Origin: a virus
Taxonomy: Duplodnaviria > Caudoviricetes
Virus record (IMG/VR): IMGVR_UViG_3300009678_000025
Coordinates: 1 to 43,850 of that record
Reading direction: 5' to 3' (one strand)
DNA: 43,850 nt
The notes beneath the pieces were generated by a model. The model did no database searches, was not told the DNA's origin, and saw only the letters and a program-made list of their open reading frames with translations. Every line of letters begins with the position of its first letter. Positions within the stretch are counted from its first letter, which is position 1. Of the stretch, positions 8,443 through 17,703 are shown piece by piece. Position numbers and translations under genes: made by a program.

Positions 8443-11036
8443 TGCACTAGTCTCCCTAATTTAACGTTGTATGGTACGTTAGGTTTACTGTCTTTACTGA
8501 AAGATACATTCGCGAAGTATGTTGCATTATCTGCACCATGCTTACCCTTCAATAGTCTAGCACGCTTTGCAACACCACGCAGTGTCCACTGATTCCGCTC
8601 AGTCACGTCAATCCACTGCATGAATTTCTCATAGAATTCACCGAGTAATACTTTACATCCTGGTATATGGTAGATTTCTGAACGAATGAATTCACTAAGT
8701 GAATCTTCGTGGTACTCTTGTACAATAGCTTTCTCATCAGTCTCAATAACTGGTAATCGTAATCGGCCTATTGGTTCAGGAATATCAAAGTGCATTAGTG
8801 TATAAAGAAATGCTGGTGCTTCCTTCTCACAACGTTCAATTAGTATATGCTTAGGTATCTCTTCTTTCAGTGGATCAACACGTAGTACACTAATCCTAGT
8901 ATCACCTGCCAGTACAGGACAATATGATGGGTCATTAGCACACTGAATCCAGTGTGTATTGTTAGGTAAATCATATGGTGTTTGTCCCTTACAGTGAATA
9001 GCAATGGTCTTACCAGTCACCCAATCTTTAATACGGTCAGAAGCATTACTCTTTCTTGACAGATTGGTTTCTTCAACCACACAGAAGATCGCACCAGCTA
9101 GCTCACCATTGAACCCCGGAGCACTGATAAGAGAGTTATCAGCACGGACAACACCTTTAGTAAACAATAAAGATAGTGCTTCGTGAAAGATACTCTTACC
9201 TGTATTCTGTTGACTAGAGTAGAAGAATAGATATGGTGTCGGCTCGCCGGGATTCTGCAAACAACTCGCTAACCAACATTGCAAGTAGAGCAGTCCACTA
9301 TAGATACCATTCTCAATTCCCCACGTACTCTGTGTGGTTAAAATGGAATCTAAAGATTGTCCACAGTGATGAAGAATCATATCCCATGTGGGATGATGAC
9401 CCTTCTGAGCATCAAAGCGAAACTGAGCCGCATCCCGATTCCACTCCCGATTGCCCGGATATTCCGGTTTGAAGGGTTTATTAACTAAAAGCCAATTGTG
9501 CCCGACACACGTACCTATAATCTTAGGTATTTCTTTAGTTGTTGATCCTTGTGATAATAGAAATTTTTCTACATTATTTCTATTCTCTTCAACCCACCCA
9601 GTAGAAGCATAGATAACCCAGCCAGACTCAGTAGCCCCAGTAATCAAATGACGTACTAGATGATCTGGTACGTCTATCTCTTCATTCACCTTTGGTCGAA
9701 AAAAAATTCTAGTCCATTGACCTTTCTTATCAATGTATCCGTCTAATAATTCACTAGGTAGTTTATCAAAAGATAGTACAACTCTCTTATCATCTAGTTC
9801 ACGGAGTTTACATGGGCGTGCAGATATATTAAGTTCGGGTACTTGAATGCCCATCGCAGATAGAGCAGATATTGCATCCGTAATTGATCTGAAATGATAT
9901 CCTTTCTCATCTTGTATTCCCTTACAGTATTGCGATGCAGTGATGAAAGACGGTAGTGTATTATAGTAACAGGTTGTCCAACCACTAGTATCCGTAAACC
10001 ACGTACTAGTTTCGATAGTACCTTTACCATGCCGACGAATAATCCATGCACCATTAGATAATGGAAAACAAAAACAGTTCTGGTCTTTTCCAATGTCCTT
10101 ACCCGTCGATACGGTATCAAAGATACCCGTAAACTTTAATTCAGTGTGTGCTTTCTTAAGATCGTAGGTATGGCACACGAGCATTTGTCTATCATCATGC
10201 CACCACCAGAGTGCAGATGACTTCTCAAACCACTGAATGAGCTGTAAATGTCTGTCATCTAACTTAAGATGGCGACGTGATACTGATAGTTCATCCTCGG
10301 ACGTAGTGATTTTCTTTGGTACTAATTTAGTCCGGGATACACCATCTAAGTAAGCCTGCCAATTAGGTACATCATTATCAGTAAGAGTTTCTGTTGCTTC
10401 CTTTAATAAGACAAAACTTTTACCTTCAATTGCATCTCTACGCCATACCCATAAGATACCTCCGAGAGTATCTACTTTAGCTTGTAAATCAATACCAGAG
10501 AGAGCAGAAGTTTTGGATAGAATAGCACGAGCTAGTGCTGCATGTTCAGTATGGTTTGTAACTGGTGAGATATTACATAAGCAATAGATATGTAAACCAT
10601 TACCAGAGCTACTGCTATAGATAGTAATATAAGGAATGGATCGCACCCTACTATGTATTTCTTCCAGTTCATCTTTACTTAATCCTTGTTTATGGCCTAT
10701 AAGACTATCATAATCAAAGCCTACCCATAAGGAACGTTTCTCTTTCCAATTCCAACCAGTCATACCAATAGCCTCAGCATGTGCTGAGATATCAAAGCGT
10801 ATTGGATGATCTACATACTGAGGATTTGATGCTGCTGCGAATGGTACACGAAAGGGCTTCCATGTTTGCATACCGTCAGTAAAACCGTACCAACGGTGTC
10901 CCTCAAACGATCCTTGTATTGGTTCACCATTATCTTTTGCTACATTAACTTGTACCTCCATATCATGTGTGTATTTTTTACACATAGGAAAGGGTTTAGT
11001 TAATAAGAATTTTTGTACGGCTTCCGTGCGTAGCAT
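8439..11036 (-). CDS. Primase-helicase (N-terminal prim-pol-like domain, C-terminal SF3/D5-like P-loop ATPase)
   Basis: GFDYD and SSSGNGLHIY primase motifs; Walker A QQNTGKS, Walker B CVVEE, CAN..GDTR. Confidence 0.85.
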   Translation of the reverse strand: MLRTEAVQKFLLTKPFPMCKKYTHDMEVQVNVAKDNGEPIQGSFEGHRWYGFTDGMQTWKPFRVPFAAASNPQYVDHPIRFDISAHAEAIGMTGWNWKEKRSLWVGFDYDSLIGHKQGLSKDELEEIHSRVRSIPYITIYSSSSGNGLHIYCLCNISPVTNHTEHAALARAILSKTSALSGIDLQAKVDTLGGILWVWRRDAIEGKSFVLLKEATETLTDNDVPNWQAYLDGVSRTKLVPKKITTSEDELSVSRRHLKLDDRHLQLIQWFEKSSALWWWHDDRQMLVCHTYDLKKAHTELKFTGIFDTVSTGKDIGKDQNCFCFPLSNGAWIIRRHGKGTIETSTWFTDTSGWTTCYYNTLPSFITASQYCKGIQDEKGYHFRSITDAISALSAMGIQVPELNISARPCKLRELDDKRVVLSFDKLPSELLDGYIDKKGQWTRIFFRPKVNEEIDVPDHLVRHLITGATESGWVIYASTGWVEENRNNVEKFLLSQGSTTKEIPKIIGTCVGHNWLLVNKPFKPEYPGNREWNRDAAQFRFDAQKGHHPTWDMILHHCGQSLDSILTTQSTWGIENGIYSGLLYLQCWLASCLQNPGEPTPYLFFYSSQQNTGKSIFHEALSLLFTKGVVRADNSLISAPGFNGELAGAIFCVVEETNLSRKSNASDRIKDWVTGKTIAIHCKGQTPYDLPNNTHWIQCANDPSYCPVLAGDTRISVLRVDPLKEEIPKHILIERCEKEAPAFLYTLMHFDIPEPIGRLRLPVIETDEKAIVQEYHEDSLSEFIRSEIYHIPGCKVLLGEFYEKFMQWIDVTERNQWTLRGVAKRARLLKGKHGADNATYFANVSFSKDSKPNVPYNVKLGRLVQ

Positions 11037-11038
11037 AG

Positions 11039-11242
11039 TTAAGATATCTTTGCTTTTCTGTCTAGTGTTATGGTTTCTACACCAGTAAATTCATGTTCAT
11101 CTCTTATCCAAATTTGACCACACCAAACACAAAATCTAATCTTTGGTCTTGAGCCTAGACCTGTTTCATCATAGAATCCTTTATATATCTTTTTATCATT
11201 TTCTTGACAACATTCACGTTTGATCGTTTCTTCTATTACCAT
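11039..11242 (-). CDS. Small Cys-containing hypothetical protein
   Basis: CC and CVWCG motifs; operon position. Confidence 0.55.
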   Translation of the reverse strand: MVIEETIKRECCQENDKKIYKGFYDETGLGSRPKIRFCVWCGQIWIRDEHEFTGVETITLDRKAKIS

Positions 11243-11646
11243 GTCTCCGCTTCTCGCATCATCCTGTTTAAGAACTCCATTGGTTCTTTAGTATTGTACA
11301 CCGCTCTACGCCATTGAACAAAGTCCCTTCTAACAGATTCCATTCGTATATCTATATCACGATTAGTCACAATACCATCACCATCAGCATCTAATTTACT
11401 GCAATAGAACGGTGGTTCACTTACAATTTCTTTTGTACACTCGATCATCTTAGGTAACAATAGACGGAAGGGGTGACCTGCTAGAATGAATTCATCGAGA
11501 GAGGAAGTGGGGATAACATTGAAAGAACGGCAGTGATCTAGTTCGTTGGTGAGCTTAGTTATCTTGTTATTCATTAAGGACATTACAAAGCAACACGTAA
11601 ACAATACTGTCATAGAAAGTAACCATCTAATGCTATTGTGTTGCAT
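11236..11646 (-). CDS. Membrane-anchored protein with EF-hand/dockerin-like Ca-binding loop
   Basis: N-terminal hydrophobic helix; DADGDGIVTNRD; GGAGG RBS. Confidence 0.6.
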   Translation of the reverse strand: MQHNSIRWLLSMTVLFTCCFVMSLMNNKITKLTNELDHCRSFNVIPTSSLDEFILAGHPFRLLLPKMIECTKEIVSEPPFYCSKLDADGDGIVTNRDIDIRMESVRRDFVQWRRAVYNTKEPMEFLNRMMREAETW

Positions 11647-11911
11647 TTCGTACTACCTCCATGAGTTCGCCAAAGGCATGCTCTTCTATATTCTTGGCTA
11701 CGATTTTTGTAATCTTGTTCACGTATACAGGTCGTACTGTTGCTCTATTGTTTCGTAGAAAAGTTATCTTATTTGGTGGTATAGCTTGCAATGACTCTAG
11801 TTCATTTACCATCTCATCGTAAGATAGTACAAAAGCTAACGCATCAACTAATTTAGTCTTGATCTCATTTAATTCTGTTTGAGAATCGGCCACGTATCTG
11901 CTCCCTGCCAC
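11633..11911 (-). CDS. Hypothetical protein, 92 aa
   Basis: ORF overlapping both neighbours in operon. Confidence 0.55.
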   Translation of the reverse strand: MAGSRYVADSQTELNEIKTKLVDALAFVLSYDEMVNELESLQAIPPNKITFLRNNRATVRPVYVNKITKIVAKNIEEHAFGELMEVVRNATQ

Positions 11912-12645
11912 TGTGAGAATGGCACGTGTGTTAATATAGTGTCTGTCTTTCGACGAGATAATTCAATGGGTATATCACTAGGTTCATAGTACTTCGTCTT
12001 AGGAACAGTTACTTCCATACAGTGTTGGATACGTGTATAACCTACAATTCGTTCTGTCTCTCTATGTAAACGCAGAGATTCATTAGGTTTATAACCAGTG
12101 ATAAACTTAGAGTTAGGTACAGCAGTAGCAATAACTTCAAGAAGTTTTCTAGTATCAACGAGACGGTTAGGTGCATCACGTGATGGTAGTAAGAGTTGAC
12201 AGGGGTACCAGTAGTAGGTAGTATCAGAGTAACTCAAGATATGTATAGCTTCTGCTAATGCAGTGTAATCAATTGGACGTCCATTACTATGAAATAAACC
12301 TAGAGCTTCGTCTGACTCAAGGTCTAGTAAAAGAGAACTAAGGCCATTAAGATGAGCTATTGTATTCCATAAATTTTTATTGTACAACCCACCACTAGCT
12401 AGATAATTATCGAATGTATGTACCTTTACGCCAGTTAAAACCTTGCATGGCCATTCATCATTAAGTAAACTTTGTATATGGACCTGACTGCAACCAGTGG
12501 TTATGCAAACCTGTTCGCAACCTAACTTAACGAATTTCTGTGCTCCTACTATAGCATACTGTCTATTGTTTAGATGAGTATAACCAGGAACAGTACATAC
12601 TTTGTTAGGTGCAGCAGGCAGGTCTACCCAAGGAATGAATGTCAT
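11869..12645 (-). CDS. Hypothetical protein, possible TIM-barrel glycoside-hydrolase-like fold
   Basis: AAGGAG RBS; alternating beta/alpha pattern, LLLDLE motif; function weakly supported. Confidence 0.45.
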   Translation of the reverse strand: MTFIPWVDLPAAPNKVCTVPGYTHLNNRQYAIVGAQKFVKLGCEQVCITTGCSQVHIQSLLNDEWPCKVLTGVKVHTFDNYLASGGLYNKNLWNTIAHLNGLSSLLLDLESDEALGLFHSNGRPIDYTALAEAIHILSYSDTTYYWYPCQLLLPSRDAPNRLVDTRKLLEVIATAVPNSKFITGYKPNESLRLHRETERIVGYTRIQHCMEVTVPKTKYYEPSDIPIELSRRKTDTILTHVPFSQWQGADTWPILKQN

Positions 12646-12658
12646 GTAGTCTCCTTTA

Positions 12659-12691
12659 GATAGTAGGTATACACATTGTATACCTACTATC
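12659..12691. terminator. Perfect 15-bp intergenic hairpin (terminator or processing site)
   Basis: GATAGTAGGTATACA-CAT-TGTATACCTACTATC. Confidence 0.5.
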
Positions 12692-12734
12692 CACTATAAC
12701 ATGAGTCACTCTACCAGCAACGAAAGTAAGTGTC

Positions 12735-13634
12735 TCATGCTAGTTCTAATTCATCTTTGCTACTACGTTCCAGCCATCGTTCATATGATTTACAGTATAC
12801 TGCCGCTTCACACTGACAGTTGTATTCGTGACAAAGATCATAGCTAGGTTGTGGTTCTGCTATCGTAGCGTTATACCTATCATCATGAATTTGTTCCCAC
12901 ATTTTCTTTACATTACCAAAGAGCTTGTTAGCGAATTCATCACTGATTGTGCCTTCGTATTCCACGAAGATAATGTCTTTCTTTTGGTGGCATACCTCAT
13001 GTACTCGGAAATAGAAGTCAGAAAACTTACCTACCAGCCAGTTATAAAAAATTAATTGGGTTGCCCAGGCTGGATTAATTTCTTCGAGATCAAATAGTGG
13101 TGTCGTATTAGGTGCAGTTACTTCACCACTAATGCCTGATACTTTGTATGCATAATTAGCGTGCGGTGAAGCTGTATACTTGGAATAGAATCCTCTAGTT
13201 TTCCAATCGAAAGGTAATCCATCTAAGATAGCATCGAGTCTGCCTAAGATTGGTACACCGTTAATAACACGATATAGCTCTTGTTCTAGTTTAATGTCTT
13301 GTGATGCCAGTAACTTATCTGCTAGGCCATGTTTAATATACTGCCCTGCGACGACATAAGCATTGGCGATAACAGCATCCTTATCTTCGTGTTTAATCTC
13401 TTTGAATACACGGTCTAGCTTAAGTATAGGATTATTGATACCTTTCTTCTTTGCTAAATAATCTTTTATAATAGCATCGAAACAGGTACCCATAATAGCA
13501 GAAGCACCTACGTTCGGTGGTAGGTACGGGTGTCCAGCAAGTTTAGTAAGATAAACTTTGTGCTGACACTTCTGCCAAGTAAGATATGTCGATGAAGAGA
13601 TATACGTTAAGTGACGAAGTACTGGGAGTATCAT
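12735..13634 (-). CDS. Cas4-like PD-(D/E)XK exonuclease
   Basis: ISSS..TWQKC, GRLD..PFDWKT, QLIFY, C-terminal Cys cluster CHEYNCQC....C. Confidence 0.85.
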   Translation of the reverse strand: MILPVLRHLTYISSSTYLTWQKCQHKVYLTKLAGHPYLPPNVGASAIMGTCFDAIIKDYLAKKKGINNPILKLDRVFKEIKHEDKDAVIANAYVVAGQYIKHGLADKLLASQDIKLEQELYRVINGVPILGRLDAILDGLPFDWKTRGFYSKYTASPHANYAYKVSGISGEVTAPNTTPLFDLEEINPAWATQLIFYNWLVGKFSDFYFRVHEVCHQKKDIIFVEYEGTISDEFANKLFGNVKKMWEQIHDDRYNATIAEPQPSYDLCHEYNCQCEAAVYCKSYERWLERSSKDELELA

Positions 13635-13909
13635 GCATCCACCTTTACTAGTTCGTTACCACTACATACGTAATTATCACTATACATTCTTACACCAAGG
13701 ACACTAACAATACTCGGTGCAATGATATCATAATACTTAACTAGTTCTCGTTCAGAAAAACCGTACCATTGTCCTTTACTTTCTACATCATAACAAATTA
13801 TCTTATTACTATCATTATATTCTCTTATTATATACCCCTCTAGTGGCCAGTGATCTTTACCCGGTGGTGTAGGTTTAACACGAGAAACAAAACTACCTAG
13901 TAGGACCAT
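13631..13909 (-). CDS. Hypothetical protein (likely start MVLLGSF)
   Basis: GGAG RBS before ATG at 13909; ATGA overlap with nuclease. Confidence 0.55.
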   Translation of the reverse strand: MVLLGSFVSRVKPTPPGKDHWPLEGYIIREYNDSNKIICYDVESKGQWYGFSERELVKYYDIIAPSIVSVLGVRMYSDNYVCSGNELVKVDA

Positions 13910-14067
13910 TACTTTTCTCCAAGCATTCTTTATGAGCGAATTCTTTACCAAAATTAAAAACTATCTTAAATGGCATTACCATTTCTCTGCGTCCTTAGGG
14001 CAACCTGATAAATTAATTGGTTGTTCGCGAATTCTACATAATCTTTTTTCTCTAGCTTCGGGTACTT

Positions 14068-14397
14068 TCATATATACCGTCTCCAATTCCCAGAACCAAA
14101 GAGCTTGTCGTACTGTGTATATGATGTCAACACATACACTTCAGCACCATACTTATCCATTTGTTCAAACTCATATATTTGTGACACTCGTAGTTTCTCT
14201 CCTGGTGCTTTTGTTTCTATCCAACGCTGACCGTGTACAGGATGGAAAGCCACCAGATCAGGTAATCCACTTTGATATTTACCACCATGCAGTTTCTTAA
14301 CATACCACCCATGTCTCTTAAGATATAACTTAAGTTCCTGAAGAATCTTAGCTTCAGGTCCAGTGCGTACTGTACGTCGTAGGGGAGGTAGGTCCAT
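14068..14397 (-). CDS. VRR-NUC domain nuclease
   Basis: EAKI..GLPDL..WIETKAPGEKLRVSQ. Confidence 0.88.
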   Translation of the reverse strand: MDLPPLRRTVRTGPEAKILQELKLYLKRHGWYVKKLHGGKYQSGLPDLVAFHPVHGQRWIETKAPGEKLRVSQIYEFEQMDKYGAEVYVLTSYTQYDKLFGSGNWRRYI

Positions 14398-14411
14398 TAC
14401 AAATTATTCCT

Positions 14412-14771
14412 TTAGTCTCCTAGGATATTCTTCGGCTTCATAGGCCGGTTACTCCACTTAACCTTGATATCATGGATTGCATCCTTCAACATCATTACTT
14501 CCTTCTGGGTATTCCTCATATTCAGCATCAGTTCCCAGTTGATCTTATCCTTATACATTTCATAGAGCCTATGTGCTCCTTGCAGGTACATTAAGAATGG
14601 CCCTTTACCCTGGAATACCCAACGATAACACTTACGTAATGCATCGTGCGTAGTGCTATTGCGTTCAAACCATGTAAAGTACGATAATGGTTTAAGTCCT
14701 GCCAGTTCAAAAGTCTTAGGATATTGGTCTACAACCGAACGAAGTTCCTTCAGCATTGTATCTTTAGTCAT
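14412..14771 (-). CDS. Hypothetical protein, 119 aa
   Basis: ORF in operon. Confidence 0.6.
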   Translation of the reverse strand: MTKDTMLKELRSVVDQYPKTFELAGLKPLSYFTWFERNSTTHDALRKCYRWVFQGKGPFLMYLQGAHRLYEMYKDKINWELMLNMRNTQKEVMMLKDAIHDIKVKWSNRPMKPKNILGD

Positions 14772-14935
14772 GTTTCTCTACCATAATTAAGGTACCGGAT
14801 TGCAAGATCAGTGAGGTACTCACGATGAGTCTCAAATGTACTAGGTTCACTCATAATTAACCACAGTTTACTTTGTTCTACGGGCAACAGCCTATCCCAT
14901 ATTTGTTCCTCCGTTAATTCATCTATAATATCCAT
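14768..14935 (-). CDS. Hypothetical protein, 55 aa (MDIIDELTEEQIW...), not in ORF track
   Basis: Translated by hand; fills gap, ATGA overlap with next gene. Confidence 0.5.
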   Translation of the reverse strand: MDIIDELTEEQIWDRLLPVEQSKLWLIMSEPSTFETHREYLTDLAIRYLNYGRET

Positions 14936-14943
14936 TAATAGTA

Positions 14944-17115
14944 TCACTTTACACCTGCCCAGTTTTCAAGATGACTCTTCCAATCTATCTCTAGTAGTGG
15001 CACAACACTACGTAGACTATCAATTTCAAAATTGACTCTACTACGTACTTCCTTAGTAAAGTCTGGTTTGTGTACACAAAGAATCTCATCGTGTACATTA
15101 ATTGTCTTTACTAACCACTTACCTACACCAACAGGTTGTGTTTCGTTTATAGCACACTGAATACGTTTAGTTATTTGTGCCCCTGTACCCTGTATTTCAT
15201 GGTTAGCTGCTGCTCTCATATTGTTTGCCTGTATCATAAATGCAGTAGCTAACAAAGCTGATTGTGATGCACCGCGTATAGTTTGCGAACGATTAGTAGT
15301 ACGCATCACACTACCAATAACATCGAACTCACGCGGAGGATTCTGTGCTAAATCATAGAGAACTTTTACAATCTCATTCTCTAAGTGGAAATACCTCTTG
15401 AATCCCATCAATGTTTCTACATACTTAGCGGGTTCGTGCCATTCGACTGGTGTTCCTATGCCATATGGTTGGCGTAACGAACAGAACTTATCAAAGATTT
15501 TCTCACGTGCAATACCTATCTGTGGGTAACTCTTAATAAAATTAGCATAAGATATAGCAGCTTGTTGTTCTGAGATACCAGCAACCTTACTAATCTTATG
15601 TTCCATTGCACCATAAATTAGTGCAAAGAAACTATTCTTAGCAGGGTTATACATATTGTTATTGGTACCAGCAGACGACATTATTTGTTCATAAGGAAGT
15701 GAGTATAACGCCGCTCCAAGGAGTCCGTGAACTGAATAGCCTGATGCAAGTTCTTCTCTAAGTTTTGTATCATTGTAGACTGCATCTGTGATAGTGACTT
15801 CAAACTGCTTAAAGTCTCCTCCAGAGAGGACATCACTATCTTCAGCGAGACTGAATAACTCTCTAAAAGTATGATCTCTGTTAATTCCTTGGGGATTGAG
15901 TGATCCTTCTCCTTCATACAGTTCATCTCCCCCGGACATCCGCCCGGATTTAGCACCAATAACATTGAAAGATGGATAGAACCTATAGTTAGCATCTATA
16001 AGTTTATCCAGTACATCGATCTCTTTACTAGCTTTACGCCACGACGATAGTAACTTAGCCGCTTCAGATACAGGACTCTCCCATTTGATTAGTTTCTGTA
16101 TAGTATCCTTACTAGTATCAGTGATAGCCATCTTCTCTAGTTCAGTTGCATGATCACGGAGAAAACGCAGTGACTCAACGTGAGAGTTATAATTTATAGG
16201 TGTGTGCCTGATACGATTAAGTTGGGTTTCATAACGTGATATGATCTTCTCGCGGTCGAGTCCAAACCCAAGATAACGGGTGGCACCCACACTAGCGGCC
16301 AGTTCTGAATCAACATCGCCGCCCTTTGGCTCGGCGAAGTGATGCCACAATCTGCAAAGAAGGTCGATATCATTATATGCGTATCCTCTAGCAGTTTTGT
16401 TCGTGTGCCAGAAATCAATATGCCACTGGGCGTAGGGTTCCCAGTCTGTGTTGTGTGGGTCATAAGGTTTCTCAGGAGGATACTTATCTTTTGGTACAGG
16501 AAACTCGAATACTGGTATCTTAAATATCTCAGCACACAGTGGTTTGAGTGATAGCGTAGATCTAAATCGTAGGACTATATCAGCAAACTGTGGCTTAGTT
16601 TCGTCTATCTCAATCTTCCATTCGTAACCAGTGCTAGACTTATGAAAATATATATCACTAAAAGGTAGTCTATGCTTGAGACATTGTGCCATTGGCTGAG
16701 CTATAACAGTGGGTACACGTTTAATACGTACTTCATCACGCCCCATTAAGGATTGGTACTCTGATTTTTTGCAGTGGAGGAGGAGGTCAAGTGCTGATTT
16801 AGGGCGGAGTGTGTAGGAGTGGTAGTCCACTTTACCAAAAGAGCGGCTAATGCTTGCGAACTCCGCAGGATGAGGTTTATTATTTTTATTCTCCGATGCA
16901 TTAAGTAGATTATATAGCTTTGTAAGCTGAAACCAATCATGAGAAAGGTTGTAAGCAACCACTGTGTCTGCGGTAAGGTCATGTATAAGCTCCAGAGTTT
17001 TTCTTATGGGCTGGTGGAACACTTCATGCAAAACTATTGGTCCCTCATTTATACTATACTGAATTAGTACAGTAGGGCCGAGGAGACCAATAGATTCAGT
17101 GTCTAGGAATATCAT
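14944..17115 (-). CDS. Family A DNA polymerase with 3'-5' exonuclease domain
   Basis: Exo I LDTES, Exo II YNLSHD, Exo III YAYND; SGRMS, motif A DFKQFE, motif B AKNSFFALIYG, motif C VHDE. Confidence 0.95.
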   Translation of the reverse strand: MIFLDTESIGLLGPTVLIQYSINEGPIVLHEVFHQPIRKTLELIHDLTADTVVAYNLSHDWFQLTKLYNLLNASENKNNKPHPAEFASISRSFGKVDYHSYTLRPKSALDLLLHCKKSEYQSLMGRDEVRIKRVPTVIAQPMAQCLKHRLPFSDIYFHKSSTGYEWKIEIDETKPQFADIVLRFRSTLSLKPLCAEIFKIPVFEFPVPKDKYPPEKPYDPHNTDWEPYAQWHIDFWHTNKTARGYAYNDIDLLCRLWHHFAEPKGGDVDSELAASVGATRYLGFGLDREKIISRYETQLNRIRHTPINYNSHVESLRFLRDHATELEKMAITDTSKDTIQKLIKWESPVSEAAKLLSSWRKASKEIDVLDKLIDANYRFYPSFNVIGAKSGRMSGGDELYEGEGSLNPQGINRDHTFRELFSLAEDSDVLSGGDFKQFEVTITDAVYNDTKLREELASGYSVHGLLGAALYSLPYEQIMSSAGTNNNMYNPAKNSFFALIYGAMEHKISKVAGISEQQAAISYANFIKSYPQIGIAREKIFDKFCSLRQPYGIGTPVEWHEPAKYVETLMGFKRYFHLENEIVKVLYDLAQNPPREFDVIGSVMRTTNRSQTIRGASQSALLATAFMIQANNMRAAANHEIQGTGAQITKRIQCAINETQPVGVGKWLVKTINVHDEILCVHKPDFTKEVRSRVNFEIDSLRSVVPLLEIDWKSHLENWAGVK

Positions 17116-17297
17116 TACGTTTCCACTACACTGTTAACACTTAGTGCAACTAAATCGTCATTGAATTCTACATCCTGGAAATCTTCATAATTCCACTCAT
17201 TAATCTCAGCAACACAACAATTAATTGTATTGAGATAGATCATTACGACTTCACTGATACAACGCTTGCGTAGTTCTAAGAACTGTTGATCTGTCAT
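17115..17297 (-). CDS. Hypothetical protein, 60 aa
   Basis: Coupled start/stop overlaps. Confidence 0.5.
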   Translation of the reverse strand: MTDQQFLELRKRCISEVVMIYLNTINCCVAEINEWNYEDFQDVEFNDDLVALSVNSVVET

Positions 17298-17524
17298 AGT
17301 AAGTTAACTCCTGTGTACTCTGCTGTTTTCTCTTTGATCCAGTTAAAGATATCCGGATTAGGTTCTTTTTCTTGGATATTACACTGTGACCATACCTTGA
17401 TATAGTAATCTCTATTCATAGGTTCAGTTCGGATTAGTTCTAGTAAGTGATACATGACACAATGCTCAAGCATCCATAATGGGCTTTCACCAGACTCAAC
17501 GCTATCACAAAGAAAATAAATCAT
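17294..17524 (-). CDS. Hypothetical protein, 76 aa
   Basis: ATGA overlaps, GAGGAGG RBS. Confidence 0.6.
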   Translation of the reverse strand: MIYFLCDSVESGESPLWMLEHCVMYHLLELIRTEPMNRDYYIKVWSQCNIQEKEPNPDIFNWIKEKTAEYTGVNLL

Positions 17525-17703
17525 TCAGTATCCTCCTCAGGTTCGCTTTCACAAAGCGGGCATACTTCACCATCATACTCTAAGATAATGCCACAGTGCT
17601 CGCATACATATTGTTCTTTGCATGCGTCACACTCACCATCCTCGTTAAGAGGTCCTTCACACTCTGAGCACAAACCATCTGACTCATTTTCTATTGGTTC
17701 CAT
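17521..17703 (-). CDS. Acidic double zinc-ribbon protein
   Basis: Four CxxC motifs in 60 aa. Confidence 0.65.
   Translation of the reverse strand: MEPIENESDGLCSECEGPLNEDGECDACKEQYVCEHCGIILEYDGEVCPLCESEPEEDTE

Noticed and set aside
12735-13634. Cas4-like gene as part of a CRISPR-Cas system
   Set aside because: No other cas genes or array; solo Cas4-like nucleases are common in phage replication modules
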